A stretch of 62,866 nucleotides of DNA, filler included, from 5 parts of 5 records of this genome joined end to end with filler, not necessarily neighbours in it; one strand, 5' to 3'. Counted from the whole stretch's first letter, positions 39,197 through 50,717 are shown. Numbers and translations are program-made. The notes: a model not told the origin generated them from the letters alone.

Positions 39197-42100
39197 ATGA
39201 GAACAAAAACAAAAGTATTACTGACACTTTTGATGGCATTTGTTGTACATCTGTCTTCCGCACAGGAAAAAATGATAAGTGGTACGGTAACTGATGGGGG
39301 CGGATTGCCATTACCTGGCGTCAACGTTGTTATCAAGGGAACCTCACAAGGTACCCAAACCGATTTTGATGGTAACTATAACTTACAAGCAGAAGTGGGC
39401 CAGACCCTAGTATTTACTTATCTGGGTCAAAAAGAGACCCAAGCGACAGTTGGCGCACAGAGCGTCATAAACATACAAATGGAAGAAGACGCGCAAGCGT
39501 TGGAAGAAGTTGTAGTGGTCGGTTATGGCGTTCAAAAAAGGAAGGAAATCACAGGAGCAATTGCCAGTGTATCCGGAGGAGACATCCAAGGCCTTGTAAC
39601 ACCCAGTTTCGAAAGCCAATTGGCCGGTAGAGCAGCCGGTGTGCAGATTACCACAAACAACGGTATTATCGGGGAAGCTCCAAGAATCAGGATCAGGGGT
39701 CTAGGCTCAATTAGTTCTGGAACTTATCCTTTGGTAGTTGTGGACGGTATTCCGATTATTACAGGGGATATTGGGGGATATGCATCGACCAACGCACTGA
39801 ACAGCATCAACCCTAATGACATTGAATCCTTTGAGATTCTAAAAGATGGTGCCGCAACAGCTATTTATGGATCTCGTGCAGCCAATGGTGTAATCTTGAT
39901 CACCACCAAAAAAGGTAAAAAAGGTTCTACCCAAGTGAGTTACAATGTCGTGACCGGTTTTGCATCACCTATCAAAACCTTTGATTTGTTGAACACAGCA
40001 CAGTTCTTGGAAACTGCAAACGAAAAACGTACCAACAGAGGACAAACTCCATGGGCCGTTGGAAATGAATATGACACTGATTGGCAAGGAGCTGTACTTA
40101 ATTCAAACGCCCTGCAAATGGACCACAACCTATCTATAAATGGAGGAACCGATAGGACCAAATATTTCATGTCCTTAGGTTTTACCGATCAAGATGGTGT
40201 TGCCGTATCCAATAACATGAAGCGTCACAGTATCAGGACCAACCTTGAGCATGATGTGTTTGATTGGTTGACCGTTGGTGGCAACCTTGCCATCACTAGA
40301 ACTGAATTAAATGGATTGAATACGGGAGGAAACTCACTTTCAGGAAACATTTTCAATGCCACCAGACAGCTTCCCAATATTCCTATTTACGACCCAAGCA
40401 ACCCTACTGGTTTTAACCTATCCGCAGATGGAAGCGTAGTAGGTCAATGGGACAACACAGACCCTGTTGGCGACAATATTTCCAATATTGGCTACGTACT
40501 TGCCAATAATAAATTCCAGTCCATCTCAAACAATACTTTGGCCAGCGCTTTTGGAGAGGTGAAACTATTGGAAGGTCTTACCTACAGATTTCAGGCCAGT
40601 GCCAACAATACCATTACCAATGGATTTTTGTATTACAGCCCCATCCATGGTGACGGTAGAGGATCCAATGGTAGGTTACAAAACAACAATCAGGATTATC
40701 TACGTTGGAATACTCAGAACATCATCAACTACAACACTAGTATTGCCGATGCTCACAACATTGGTGTTACTGCTGTTATGGAATTTCAAAAAGATAAGTT
40801 CAAAAGTTTCTTTGGAACTGGTACCGATCTTTTGGATGAGTTCTACAACAAAAACTTAGTTACCGGAGCTTATGGTACACAAACTTCCGGTGGTAGTGTA
40901 ACAGAAAACGGTATCAGCTCCTATGTAGGTCGTTTAAGCTATAACTTTAAACAACGTTATTTTCTTCAAGGATCTATACGAAGGGATGGTATTTCAAAAT
41001 TGAGCGAAGCTACCCGTTGGAATAACTTTACCGGGTATTCTGCAGGTTGGAACATTGCCAACGAGGAATTTTTCAGTGGTTTGAACCCTGCTATTTCCCT
41101 CTTCAAGCTCAGGGGTTCATACTCTGAAGTAGGAAACACTGATATTGGAGACTATCCCTATTTAGGATTGACCTCGGCTTCACAATACGGCACCCTAAAC
41201 GGTATAGCATTCACCCAATTTGGAAACGACCTATTGATTTGGGAAACCAGCAAAAAGACAGATTATGGTGTAGATTTAGGCTTCATGTCAGACAAATTGA
41301 CCATCAGTTTTGACTACTATAAAAATGATATTGATGGTTTGATTCTTGATGTACCTGTTCCTCAATCATTGGGTGTGCCGGACAGTAGAATCAAGAAAAA
41401 TATTGGTAATATGGTAAACGAAGGCCTTGAATTTGCCGTAAATTACACTCCTTTCAACACAGCGGATTTCAGCTGGAATGTTTCCGCTAACTTGACATTG
41501 GACAAAAACAAGATAACCAACCTTCCCGAAGGCCAAGATATTATTGGAGGTACTTCTACCAACACTAACATCGCTCCCAACTTGATTATTAGAGAGGGAG
41601 AATCCATCAACTCTATTTATGGACACAGATATTGGGGCGTTAACCCTGCTAACGGTAACCCAGTGTACTATAAAGCTGATGGTTCTTTGGTACAGGGCAA
41701 CCTGGACACACAGACCTATTTTGTATTCAACCCCAGCAATCCTGGAGACCTATCAGAAGCTTCTTCTTTAAGTGCTGCGGACGACAAGTTTATTCTTGGA
41801 AACTCCTTGCCAACTTATTACGGCTCCGTAATCAACAGGTTCACATACAAAGGCTTCGATTTTAGCTTTATGTTCCGTTATAGTGGTGGCAACGAGGTAT
41901 TCAATGCAACTCGTAGAGATTTGGTGACCCAAAACTTCAATAACAACTCTACTGAGATTTTGGGAAGATGGCAAAGTGCTTCCAATCCTGGAGATGGAAT
42001 TACACCTAGGCTTTACGCAAGTAGCAACACCTTTACCAACCTAACAGGACATGCTACAACTAGATTCTTGGAAAAAGGTGATTTTATCAGCTTGGACAAT

Positions 42101-42301
42101 ATCACTTTGGGCTATAAACTCCCATCACTAGTAACTGATAAGTTGAATGTGGACATGGTAAGGTTCTTTATCCAAGGACAAAACCTATTGACCATTACAG
42201 ACTATAAGGGCTTGAACCCGGAAATGGAGTCCAGCGGTGTAGACATTAATGGTACACCAAGATCAAAAGTATTATCCATAGGTCTAAATGTTAATCTATA
42301 A
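39197..42301 (+). CDS. susC: SusC/RagA family TonB-dependent outer membrane transporter
   Basis: LPGVNVVIKGT, LEEVVVVGYG, INPNDIESFEILKDGAATAIYGSRAANGVILITTKKG, LIWETSKK. Confidence 0.95.
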   Translation: MRTKTKVLLTLLMAFVVHLSSAQEKMISGTVTDGGGLPLPGVNVVIKGTSQGTQTDFDGNYNLQAEVGQTLVFTYLGQKETQATVGAQSVINIQMEEDAQALEEVVVVGYGVQKRKEITGAIASVSGGDIQGLVTPSFESQLAGRAAGVQITTNNGIIGEAPRIRIRGLGSISSGTYPLVVVDGIPIITGDIGGYASTNALNSINPNDIESFEILKDGAATAIYGSRAANGVILITTKKGKKGSTQVSYNVVTGFASPIKTFDLLNTAQFLETANEKRTNRGQTPWAVGNEYDTDWQGAVLNSNALQMDHNLSINGGTDRTKYFMSLGFTDQDGVAVSNNMKRHSIRTNLEHDVFDWLTVGGNLAITRTELNGLNTGGNSLSGNIFNATRQLPNIPIYDPSNPTGFNLSADGSVVGQWDNTDPVGDNISNIGYVLANNKFQSISNNTLASAFGEVKLLEGLTYRFQASANNTITNGFLYYSPIHGDGRGSNGRLQNNNQDYLRWNTQNIINYNTSIADAHNIGVTAVMEFQKDKFKSFFGTGTDLLDEFYNKNLVTGAYGTQTSGGSVTENGISSYVGRLSYNFKQRYFLQGSIRRDGISKLSEATRWNNFTGYSAGWNIANEEFFSGLNPAISLFKLRGSYSEVGNTDIGDYPYLGLTSASQYGTLNGIAFTQFGNDLLIWETSKKTDYGVDLGFMSDKLTISFDYYKNDIDGLILDVPVPQSLGVPDSRIKKNIGNMVNEGLEFAVNYTPFNTADFSWNVSANLTLDKNKITNLPEGQDIIGGTSTNTNIAPNLIIREGESINSIYGHRYWGVNPANGNPVYYKADGSLVQGNLDTQTYFVFNPSNPGDLSEASSLSAADDKFILGNSLPTYYGSVINRFTYKGFDFSFMFRYSGGNEVFNATRRDLVTQNFNNNSTEILGRWQSASNPGDGITPRLYASSNTFTNLTGHATTRFLEKGDFISLDNITLGYKLPSLVTDKLNVDMVRFFIQGQNLLTITDYKGLNPEMESSGVDINGTPRSKVLSIGLNVNL

Positions 42302-42310
42302 TTCTTTAAA

Positions 42311-43879
42311 ATGAAAAAGATATTCAAATACATCACCCTTTCCTTTTTCGGGATTAGTGTGATCTCATGTTCCGACGAAACTCTTTTGGACCTGAGTCCT
42401 ATCAATAACATTTCGTTGAGTGACTCATATTCATCCGCCTCGTTGATCGAGAGTTCGGTTAACGGGATGTACAATGCTGCCGCAATTGGTCAGTATAACT
42501 CAACTAACCCCAATGCTGGGCGTGGATATATCTGGGGTGCTGCTTTCGTACAACAAGGGGACAACCGAGGAGAAGATGTAGTTAATACCGCTACCTTCTA
42601 TCAGTTGACCTATACGGCCACCTACGACCCGACAACTGCGAACAACGTTTATTATTGGGTAGATGGCTACCGTTTGATCAACAGGGCCAACTTGGTGATT
42701 GAAGGAGTTACCACAGCAGCTGAAGCAGGTATCATTACCCAAGCTGTTGCCGATGATTATATTGGACAAGCGAAATTTTTGCGTGCCATTACACACTTTG
42801 AGTTATTGAACTTCTTTGCAAGACCCTATAACTTTTCTGCAGGCGCTTCACACCCTGGAGTTCCTTACAGGGAGGTAGGTATTGACACTCAGGCTGAAAT
42901 CGATTCTGAAATCGTACTAGGCAGAAACACCGTAGCAGAGGTTTACGAAAAAGTATTGCAAGACTTGGACGATGCAGAGAGCCTGATCACCAACACATCA
43001 TTGACCAAGGCGTCTGCAAACGCAGCCATCGCGTTTAAAACAAGGGTATATCTTCATATGAGAGATTGGGACGGGGTTATCGCCGAAGGCAACAAGCTTA
43101 CTGGTGAATACACTTTGGAAGATTCTCCAAATGGCCCCTTTCTTGACAGTTATGGAAATTCCGAGTCAATTTTCTCATTGACACAAGCCGCAACCATGAA
43201 CCCAGGTGTGAACGCTGCTTTGGCCTCACAGTACAACAGAAGAAGATTGGTGGCCATTAGTCCTATCATCTGGAGGGATCCTAGCTGGTTGGCGGACGAT
43301 TTGCGTCGCGAGGACAATTCAACCGAAACGGAAGTAGGTACCGGAATGGTATTTACGGCTGGAGGAGCAAAATTCACCCTAAAATATAAAGATGGGGTAA
43401 ACTATACCGATGCTTCTCCTGTTATCCGTTACGCTGAAGTATTGTTGAACATGGCCGAAGCACAAGCTAGAAGAGCAGCTGCCGATCTAGGAGCTTCCTT
43501 GTCTTTATTAAACCAAGTTAGAAACAGATCTCTTGCTGATCCAGCTACCCAAGCTTATGTAGCCGGTGATTTTGCCAATGCTGGAGAACTTGTTGGTGCA
43601 ATCCTAAAAGAGAGAAGAATCGAGTTTTTAATGGAGGGCAGAAGATGGTCCGACATTCACAGACTTCAAGGAGATGATCTTCAACCCATCAACGGAATAC
43701 CACAAAAGGTAGCCAATGGAACTCCTGCTGCAGAATTGTACACTTTGGGGACTCCATACGATGGTCCTTATGGTGTTCCTGCTGTGCCTTATGCAGACTT
43801 CAAGTTTCTCTGGCCAATTCCTCAGATAGAGGTCAATGCCAATCCAACTCTGGCCGAACAACAAAACCCAGGCTGGTAA
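42311..43879 (+). CDS. susD: RagB/SusD family lipoprotein
   Basis: Lipobox VISC; AKFLRA, IRYAEVLLNMAEA, ERRIEFLMEGRRWSDIHR, PIPQIE...QNPGW. Confidence 0.95.
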   Translation: MKKIFKYITLSFFGISVISCSDETLLDLSPINNISLSDSYSSASLIESSVNGMYNAAAIGQYNSTNPNAGRGYIWGAAFVQQGDNRGEDVVNTATFYQLTYTATYDPTTANNVYYWVDGYRLINRANLVIEGVTTAAEAGIITQAVADDYIGQAKFLRAITHFELLNFFARPYNFSAGASHPGVPYREVGIDTQAEIDSEIVLGRNTVAEVYEKVLQDLDDAESLITNTSLTKASANAAIAFKTRVYLHMRDWDGVIAEGNKLTGEYTLEDSPNGPFLDSYGNSESIFSLTQAATMNPGVNAALASQYNRRRLVAISPIIWRDPSWLADDLRREDNSTETEVGTGMVFTAGGAKFTLKYKDGVNYTDASPVIRYAEVLLNMAEAQARRAAADLGASLSLLNQVRNRSLADPATQAYVAGDFANAGELVGAILKERRIEFLMEGRRWSDIHRLQGDDLQPINGIPQKVANGTPAAELYTLGTPYDGPYGVPAVPYADFKFLWPIPQIEVNANPTLAEQQNPGW

Positions 43880-43908
43880 TACTCCAGACTATAAAAAGTA
43901 TATCAACA

Positions 43909-43938
43909 AAAAACCCGTGGGCTCTCCCACGGGTTTTT
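43909..43938. terminator. Bidirectional intrinsic terminator
   Basis: AAAAACCCGTGGG-CTCT-CCCACGGGTTTTT between convergent genes. Confidence 0.88.
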
Positions 43939-43989
43939 AATTTTATACTATCATCAACTCTGTTTTCCAGAGCTCATAGTTCATCTTCT

Positions 43990-45735
43990 TTAAAAATCAA
44001 ACTTATAGGACACTCCTGCCAAGGCTTGGAAACCTTGAACCCTAAAGTTGGCCCAACGCTGGTAACTATTGTTGGCAATATTTGATGCCTTTACAAAAAT
44101 AGATAGTTGCTCATTGAATCGATATCCTACGTGTGCATTGGCATCAAAAAAACCATCTAAGGTTACCTGTTGGAATTGCAACTCGGAATCAAGCGGATTA
44201 ATTTGGGATAACAAATCATCTCTTTCACCTACATAAAACAAGTTGGCACCCATATACCATTGGTCGGAGATTTGATAATCCATGAAAACCGACCCCTTAA
44301 TGGAGGGTAGGTTCCACGCTGGATTGTCGGTTTCGGTATCATAATCGTAGAATTCCGCATTGACACCAAGGGAGAAATTACGGTTGACGTCCACATTGAT
44401 TTCCCCGAAAACACCTAACGTTTTCACATCATCATAAAACACCTGAAAAGAGTTGCCGTAGTAATAGCTTTTTTCATCATCCCGAGAAGTATTAATAGGA
44501 TTATGAAAGAACAATGGCTTTCTATTCTCGGCCATATAGGAACCTTTGATGTTGTATCCCACATTGGAGGTCAACTGCCCTTTCAAACCTAAATAGCCTT
44601 CATATTGTTGGTCCGTTGGAATAATATCCAAAGTCGGTGAAACAAAGGGATTCTCATTTACAAAATCGTAATAAGAGTTTTGCTTCAACTCCCCTTCTAC
44701 TCCACCATAGGCGATTACATTTTCGTCCATCACACGGTACGATGCCGTTACAGCGGGATAGATATAAAAATTGTTCTCACTGTTTTCCATATCAAGACCA
44801 TAAACAATATTGGCCCCCAAGTTAATGGTCAAGTCATCACGCAGGATCAATAAACTCGGCGTTACCCCTGCCTGAAGATTGCTATACTTTTTCTCTCCTG
44901 AATTCACTCCTTCCGTAATAGAGCCATTTTCAAAGCTACCCCCTACATAATCGACTTTAGCTGAAATCGTAATCAACTCCTCGGTTATGGGAAGTTCAAA
45001 TGTTGGATTGATCACCGCGCGGTTCTCCGCAGATTCAGTAGCATCCCAAAAGCGTCTCAACAAAAGATTTCCGCTCTTAAAATAAGAATCTTCCATATTA
45101 AAATGCGCTTTGGCCTCGGCATTGAAATAGTTTTGTGTTTCATCCATGGCATTGATCTCACCCTCACTGAACAGTTCGCTCTGAATTCCGTACCAATTGT
45201 AAAGTTGATGTTGCAACCCTATGGCCGCACCCCAATCCATATAACGGTCCTTTTTGGCATAGGAAGCATTCAACTTGGTGTCATAGAAATCGGTCTCCAA
45301 AGGGGTGGAATCCAAATCACCACGGGACGAGTTATGGGTCAGACCAAAATCCAACAAATCTTCTCCCCTGTTGAATTCCCGACTGGTATAAAAATCCACC
45401 AAGGCATTATTGTAATTGCCCAAACCGATTGATGCATAGGAATTGTACAAGGTGGGTGGTGGAGTTTTTTCCACTCCCGAAGCTTTTCCCTTTGCCGGGG
45501 TAAAGGTGGATGCCACGGGCACCGAAAATATACTGTAATTGATTTTCTTTTTTTGAAGCACAATGGAATCGTTCAAGCTGGGGGACGATTTGATCTTAAA
45601 GGCATCCGAAACGGTCGGGGAATACGGCTTTACCACCGTTACCGTTTCCGTACCAATGTTATCCTCTTCTTGGGCGATAACCATTCCGCAAAGGCTCAAA
45701 AAAAGTAATGAAAATATATAGGTTCTCTTTTGCAT
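43990..45735 (-). CDS. Outer membrane beta-barrel protein (TonB-dependent receptor-like C-terminus)
   Basis: Signal peptide, VTVVKPYSPTVSDAFK, aromatic-rich alternating strands, terminal GVSYKFDF. Confidence 0.8.
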   Translation of the reverse strand: MQKRTYIFSLLFLSLCGMVIAQEEDNIGTETVTVVKPYSPTVSDAFKIKSSPSLNDSIVLQKKKINYSIFSVPVASTFTPAKGKASGVEKTPPPTLYNSYASIGLGNYNNALVDFYTSREFNRGEDLLDFGLTHNSSRGDLDSTPLETDFYDTKLNASYAKKDRYMDWGAAIGLQHQLYNWYGIQSELFSEGEINAMDETQNYFNAEAKAHFNMEDSYFKSGNLLLRRFWDATESAENRAVINPTFELPITEELITISAKVDYVGGSFENGSITEGVNSGEKKYSNLQAGVTPSLLILRDDLTINLGANIVYGLDMENSENNFYIYPAVTASYRVMDENVIAYGGVEGELKQNSYYDFVNENPFVSPTLDIIPTDQQYEGYLGLKGQLTSNVGYNIKGSYMAENRKPLFFHNPINTSRDDEKSYYYGNSFQVFYDDVKTLGVFGEINVDVNRNFSLGVNAEFYDYDTETDNPAWNLPSIKGSVFMDYQISDQWYMGANLFYVGERDDLLSQINPLDSELQFQQVTLDGFFDANAHVGYRFNEQLSIFVKASNIANNSYQRWANFRVQGFQALAGVSYKFDF

Positions 45736-45747
45736 GTTGTGTCTCGT

Positions 45748-48700
45748 TTAGTTTTCGTTGAGGTCTACGGATGAATTGCTCTCTGCTTCCTTGGCCTTAA
45801 TGGTGGCCAGTTCACTTTTGGCATCCGAAACGATTTCATCGAATTCGGAAAAGTTGGAGATGACACTTTCCAAAATATAGGTAGCCTGAAAGGCATCTCC
45901 CAGATTGTAGAAGTTCTTCGCCATGATTACCAACCCTTTTCCTGCCCATTCCTTGTATGCAGCATAGTCCTTTGCCAATTTTTGAACCGACTCGTTAGAA
46001 GCTTCATAATTCTGCTCCTGATTCTTAAAATAGGCATCGTAGTACCAAGCTTCGGCCGCCAATTCTCCAGATGCTATCTGCTTCACATCCTGGTAAGCAG
46101 TTTTAGCTAAGTTCTCATTGTTCGTAGCAATGGCCGAACGAGCAATCATGATCTGCGCATCACTTTTAATACGGTCATCAATTTTAGGGGCCTTCAGCAC
46201 TTTCTCGGCATAAGCAATGGTCTGCGAATAATCCTTTTGGCCATAATATCCTTTCATCAAATTGGATTGGGCAAAGGTTTTGTTCTCCGAAATATCCGCA
46301 GTGTTCTCCAATCTTTTCAAATACGGAATAGCGTTATTATAATCTTTCCTATCCACATAGATTTCACAAACACGCGTTAAAGCTTGTTCCGTGTACTCGC
46401 CATTGCCGTCATCGGCAACAGCTTTGTATTTAGGTAATGCCTTATCTTTTTCTCCATTGGCAAAATACAATTGCGCTAATGCGAAATTGGCACTTTGGGC
46501 ATGCAATCCTCTTGGGAATTGCTTCAGGTAATCCTCATATCCTCGGATAGCCGCAGGTGTTTTGCCTTCGATTTGTTTTCTTTCGGCGGATTCGAAACTT
46601 GCATTATCCAGCTCGGAATCGGTCACCTCTACAAAATCCAAGTTTCTGGCCCATGCAGCGTACTCACTTACCCGGCCTTCGTCCACGTAGACCAATTTGG
46701 CCGTGGCCACCGCTTGTTTGGCCTCTTGGGTGTTCGGATATTTTTGGACCACTTCCTTAAGTTTGCTCAACGCCTGTTCATTTCGGCTGGAATTGTAATA
46801 CACCAATCCAGAACGCAACAGTCCACGTGGCGCAAATTTGCTCGTAGCGTATTCTGCGACGATACGGTCGTAGGTTTGCAGCCCCAAACTTTCTTGGTTA
46901 TTGTTGATATAGGAATTGCCCAGTTCGAAGAGGGCATCATCTCGAAGGGATGAGGAAGGATAATTGGTCAAAAACTCGTTCAGGCCATCGATTTTCGCGG
47001 AATTATTCCCCAAAAAGCCATCACATAGTGTTTTCTGGAACGCCGCATAATCCCGCTCAGGACCATTCATACTGGATGCCGTATCGTACGCCTTCTTTGC
47101 CAATTGATATTTACTGTTCACAAAATAGCTGTCGCCCAAACGCAAATAACCATCGTTCTTTCTTTGGTTATCGATAGCATTGGAGCCCACAACATTTTGA
47201 AAATATGAAATGGCACTATTATAGTCTTTTAATTTGAAGTAAGAATAGCCCAGGTTATAATCCAAATGTTCGTACTCTGGAAGCGATTTGGCAACTGGTG
47301 AGTTCTGGAAACGCACAAAATCAACCAAAGCTTCCTCAAAACGGTTCAATCTGTAAGCTGATTCCGCTTTCCAATAAAGTGTCCGGGCCTCAAAATTGGC
47401 GTTCGATGCACTTTTCAAGGATTTATCAAATCGTTCCCAAGCACCTTCGTAATCACCATCGATAAATAATTCAATTCCTCGGTAGTACGCCACTTTTTGA
47501 TAGGTTTCCTTGCTTGCGTAGTTTTGGTTCTCTTCCAACAGCTGCATGGCCCCCTCAAAATTTCGTGAAGTGATATACGAGTCCACCAATAGCTCTTGAA
47601 CCTCCATTTGATGCTCATCCTTTGGATATTTATCCAAATATGAGGTCAAAACTTGCGGAACCGGTTCGTAGGCGTTTCCGATTTCGTAGCTCAAACGGGC
47701 ATAGTTCAACCAAGCATCCTTTTGGATTTCTGGACTGAACTCCATTTGCGAAGCATTTCGGAACGCGTTCAATGCTTCGGATTTTTTATCCAATTTTAAA
47801 TAGCACTCGGCCAAATGGTAGTATGCATTTTGGGAAACTGCATTGCTACCCCCAATGATTTTATTGAACTGTTGAATGGCCTGATCGTAGTTGCTCAATT
47901 TATAATGGCTGTAGCCCAAGAGGTAATAATCAGTATTGTTCCATTTGCCGCGCTTGCCCCTATATGCTTCCAAATAGGGAACGGCCTCGGCATATTGTTC
48001 CAAATTGAAATAGCTTTCCCCGATAATTTTGTTGAGTTCAGAAATTTCTTCCCTATTTGATTTAGGCAATTGTTTTTTGGCCAACTCAATGGCCTCTTGG
48101 AACTTACCAAGCTTAAAATTCAGGTCCGCTTGATAATAGGTCAATTTTTCATCCAGCAACTCTGGGTCTCGGATTTGGTCGAACCGAGCACTTGCCGAGT
48201 TGTAATCGTCCTGTTCGTAGGCAATATATCCCAAATAATATTTGGCCTGTGAACCATATTTTTGGGAAGTCGTTACCTTGTTCAGATAGCGTTCTGCCTC
48301 TTGCGGACGTTTGGACGCATAAAGCGCATAACCATTATTGAAGTTAAAACGTTCCCGCTCCGAATAGGGCATGGAACTCTCATCCACTTTTTTGTACCAT
48401 TTTAAAGCGTAGGGATATTTTCCCGTTTCAAAATAGTAGTCGGCCACGTCCAAAAATGCTGAATTTCGCTTGGTAGATGTTGGGTAACGCTCTACAAAGT
48501 CTTCCATCATTTTATCCGCTCCGCGCTGATTCAAACGTATAGCGGCGTTCGCGGCATAATAAGCGCTATTGGCTTCGGTCTCCCCATCCTTGGTGGATGC
48601 CTTTACGGACTCAAAAATGTTCTGAGCGGCCTGGTATTGCTCGTTGTTGTAGAGCGCCAAGGCATCTTGATAGGCTTTGTTTTCGTGGGTATATATCTTG

Positions 48701-48771
48701 GTTTCCTGTGCGGATAGCACAAAAAAAGTTCCCATAAAAATGGGAATTAAAAGGAGGTTTTTTCGATTCAT
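45748..48771 (-). CDS. Large exported tetratricopeptide repeat protein
   Basis: Signal peptide; many TPRs (AYYHLAECYLKL, LRLGDSYF, ALFELGNSY). Confidence 0.9.
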   Translation of the reverse strand: MNRKNLLLIPIFMGTFFVLSAQETKIYTHENKAYQDALALYNNEQYQAAQNIFESVKASTKDGETEANSAYYAANAAIRLNQRGADKMMEDFVERYPTSTKRNSAFLDVADYYFETGKYPYALKWYKKVDESSMPYSERERFNFNNGYALYASKRPQEAERYLNKVTTSQKYGSQAKYYLGYIAYEQDDYNSASARFDQIRDPELLDEKLTYYQADLNFKLGKFQEAIELAKKQLPKSNREEISELNKIIGESYFNLEQYAEAVPYLEAYRGKRGKWNNTDYYLLGYSHYKLSNYDQAIQQFNKIIGGSNAVSQNAYYHLAECYLKLDKKSEALNAFRNASQMEFSPEIQKDAWLNYARLSYEIGNAYEPVPQVLTSYLDKYPKDEHQMEVQELLVDSYITSRNFEGAMQLLEENQNYASKETYQKVAYYRGIELFIDGDYEGAWERFDKSLKSASNANFEARTLYWKAESAYRLNRFEEALVDFVRFQNSPVAKSLPEYEHLDYNLGYSYFKLKDYNSAISYFQNVVGSNAIDNQRKNDGYLRLGDSYFVNSKYQLAKKAYDTASSMNGPERDYAAFQKTLCDGFLGNNSAKIDGLNEFLTNYPSSSLRDDALFELGNSYINNNQESLGLQTYDRIVAEYATSKFAPRGLLRSGLVYYNSSRNEQALSKLKEVVQKYPNTQEAKQAVATAKLVYVDEGRVSEYAAWARNLDFVEVTDSELDNASFESAERKQIEGKTPAAIRGYEDYLKQFPRGLHAQSANFALAQLYFANGEKDKALPKYKAVADDGNGEYTEQALTRVCEIYVDRKDYNNAIPYLKRLENTADISENKTFAQSNLMKGYYGQKDYSQTIAYAEKVLKAPKIDDRIKSDAQIMIARSAIATNNENLAKTAYQDVKQIASGELAAEAWYYDAYFKNQEQNYEASNESVQKLAKDYAAYKEWAGKGLVIMAKNFYNLGDAFQATYILESVISNFSEFDEIVSDAKSELATIKAKEAESNSSVDLNEN

Positions 48772-49034
48772 AGTGTTCTACGCTCTTCTCGATTGACTTT
48801 ACACATAACGTCAAATTTAAGGCCAAAGTATATTTTAATCTGTCATTTACCGAAATTTACGAAGCCGAACTTGATTTATTGGCACGAAATAGTATTTTTA
48901 AGTCCTCTATTGAAAACCCCTTCAATAGTTAGAATTCCAAACCTCAACATATAAAGCCCATTTGGGCTTTACGATTACAAGAAAGGGACAATCCTTTTGT
49001 TTGTGTTCCATTGTCTAATTTATACCATGTTGAG

Positions 49035-49586
49035 ATGTCTTATTTTATTTTGATTATTGTCCTTATCCTATTGTTTTGTGTTTTCCTATACAACAACCTA
49101 ATCAGTAAAAAAAACAAGGTCGAAGAATCTTATAGCACCATTGATGTGATGCTAAAAAAGAGAACTGACCTCATTCCCCAACTCGTAACAACGGTAAAAG
49201 GCTCCATTCAGCACGAGCGGGAAACCTTGACCGAGCTCACCCGACTCCGAGAAAAAATATTGGACAAAGAAGTGGGAACTGAGGAACGGTTTCAGTTAGA
49301 AAGTCAGTTGGGAATCATGTTGGGGAAATTGCAGGTGCGCGCCGAAGCATATCCGGATTTAAAGGCCAATCAGAATTTTTTATTGTTGCAATCCAGCCTT
49401 AACGAAGTGGAGGAACAACTCTCCGCAGCACGAAGAGCATACAATGCCGCCGTAAACTCCTTCAACAATGCCATTGAAATGTTCCCCTCGAACCTTATGG
49501 GTAAAATGATGGGATACCAGCAAAGAACACTCTTCATCATTAAGGAAGAAGAGAGAAGCGTACCAAAGATTTCATTCAACTCGTAG
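49035..49586 (+). CDS. lemA: LemA family protein
   Basis: N-terminal TM; IDVMLKKRTDLIPQLV, AEAYPDLKANQNF, ARRAYN...FPSN; ATG 49035 preferred over TTG 49011. Confidence 0.92.
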   Translation: MSYFILIIVLILLFCVFLYNNLISKKNKVEESYSTIDVMLKKRTDLIPQLVTTVKGSIQHERETLTELTRLREKILDKEVGTEERFQLESQLGIMLGKLQVRAEAYPDLKANQNFLLLQSSLNEVEEQLSAARRAYNAAVNSFNNAIEMFPSNLMGKMMGYQQRTLFIIKEEERSVPKISFNS

Positions 49587-49589
49587 CAA

Positions 49590-50717
49590 ATGGTAGATTT
49601 AAATAAAATCAGGGACGAGCTGCATCCGCTTCTATTGAAAGCAGAACAAATACGAAGGAAACATATTGTTTATCAAAGTGTATTTTCAATTTTAATGTCA
49701 CTAATGATTTTTGGATTTTTGCTTTTGCCCATCATTACATATTTCAACAATGCCGGCTTTAGCAAATGGATTGCCAATGTGACCGAAGGAAGTTCGTGGA
49801 ACCCCATTCAAGTGATAGCAACGTTATATTGGGTGCCTTTTTTCATTACGATGATTGCCTCCTATACCACCAAAAATAAATACAAGGCAATGGAAAGGGA
49901 AATAATAACGATTGCCCTGAATAAAATGGTGCCCGAACTGAAATTTGACCCCAAAAGACAGATTACCCCAAAACTGATTGAAGAAAGTAAACTGCTCCCC
50001 TCCTATGCCCAAATCAAAAAAAGCCAAAACAAGCAGGGTGGTTATAACCTCCATTTTGGGACTTTAAAAGGAACAGTAGGAAACACATCAATAACCATGG
50101 GAGATGTCAACATCATCAACCAGGGGGTTTATGGTTCCTTTTTGATGTACATTCCTTTGTTCCCCTACCTCAATTTTGCCTATAATTATATGAGGCCTTA
50201 TTTTTCCAAACATCATTCCACAGAGAATTTAGGAAGTAGTTTTGTTGGAATGTTTGCCGTGGTCGATTTTAATAAAAAGTTTAAGGGATACACCATTGTT
50301 TTGCCCGATGCAATGGAAAAAAGGGTCGGATATCTGGCAAAAAATCTACAAACTTTGAATGCTGCAAGAGGTGAACTTGTACATCTGGAAGATATGGAGT
50401 TTGAAAACGATTTTATGGTGTACAGTACCGATCAAGTTGAGGCCCGATATATTCTATCCACCTCCCTAATGGAAAAAATCACCCGATTAAAAAGAAAAAT
50501 TGACAAACCCATTATGCTGTCGTTCAATAAGAACAAATTGTATCTGGGCATACAGCATCCACATGATTTTTTGTGTTTTGACAAGAAGAAAAACTTATTG
50601 ACCTCCAATGTTTTTGAAAAGATACACGATGATGTTTATGCTGCCATAGGCATTGTGGAAGATTTAAACCTGAACACCAGAATCTGGAAAAACGAATCTG
50701 TGGAAGTTTCAAAATAA
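49590..50717 (+). CDS. DUF3137-like membrane protein
   Basis: Two N-terminal TMs; DFNKKFKG.T, LEDMEFENDFMVYSTDQVEARYILS; follows lemA. Confidence 0.8.
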   Translation: MVDLNKIRDELHPLLLKAEQIRRKHIVYQSVFSILMSLMIFGFLLLPIITYFNNAGFSKWIANVTEGSSWNPIQVIATLYWVPFFITMIASYTTKNKYKAMEREIITIALNKMVPELKFDPKRQITPKLIEESKLLPSYAQIKKSQNKQGGYNLHFGTLKGTVGNTSITMGDVNIINQGVYGSFLMYIPLFPYLNFAYNYMRPYFSKHHSTENLGSSFVGMFAVVDFNKKFKGYTIVLPDAMEKRVGYLAKNLQTLNAARGELVHLEDMEFENDFMVYSTDQVEARYILSTSLMEKITRLKRKIDKPIMLSFNKNKLYLGIQHPHDFLCFDKKKNLLTSNVFEKIHDDVYAAIGIVEDLNLNTRIWKNESVEVSK

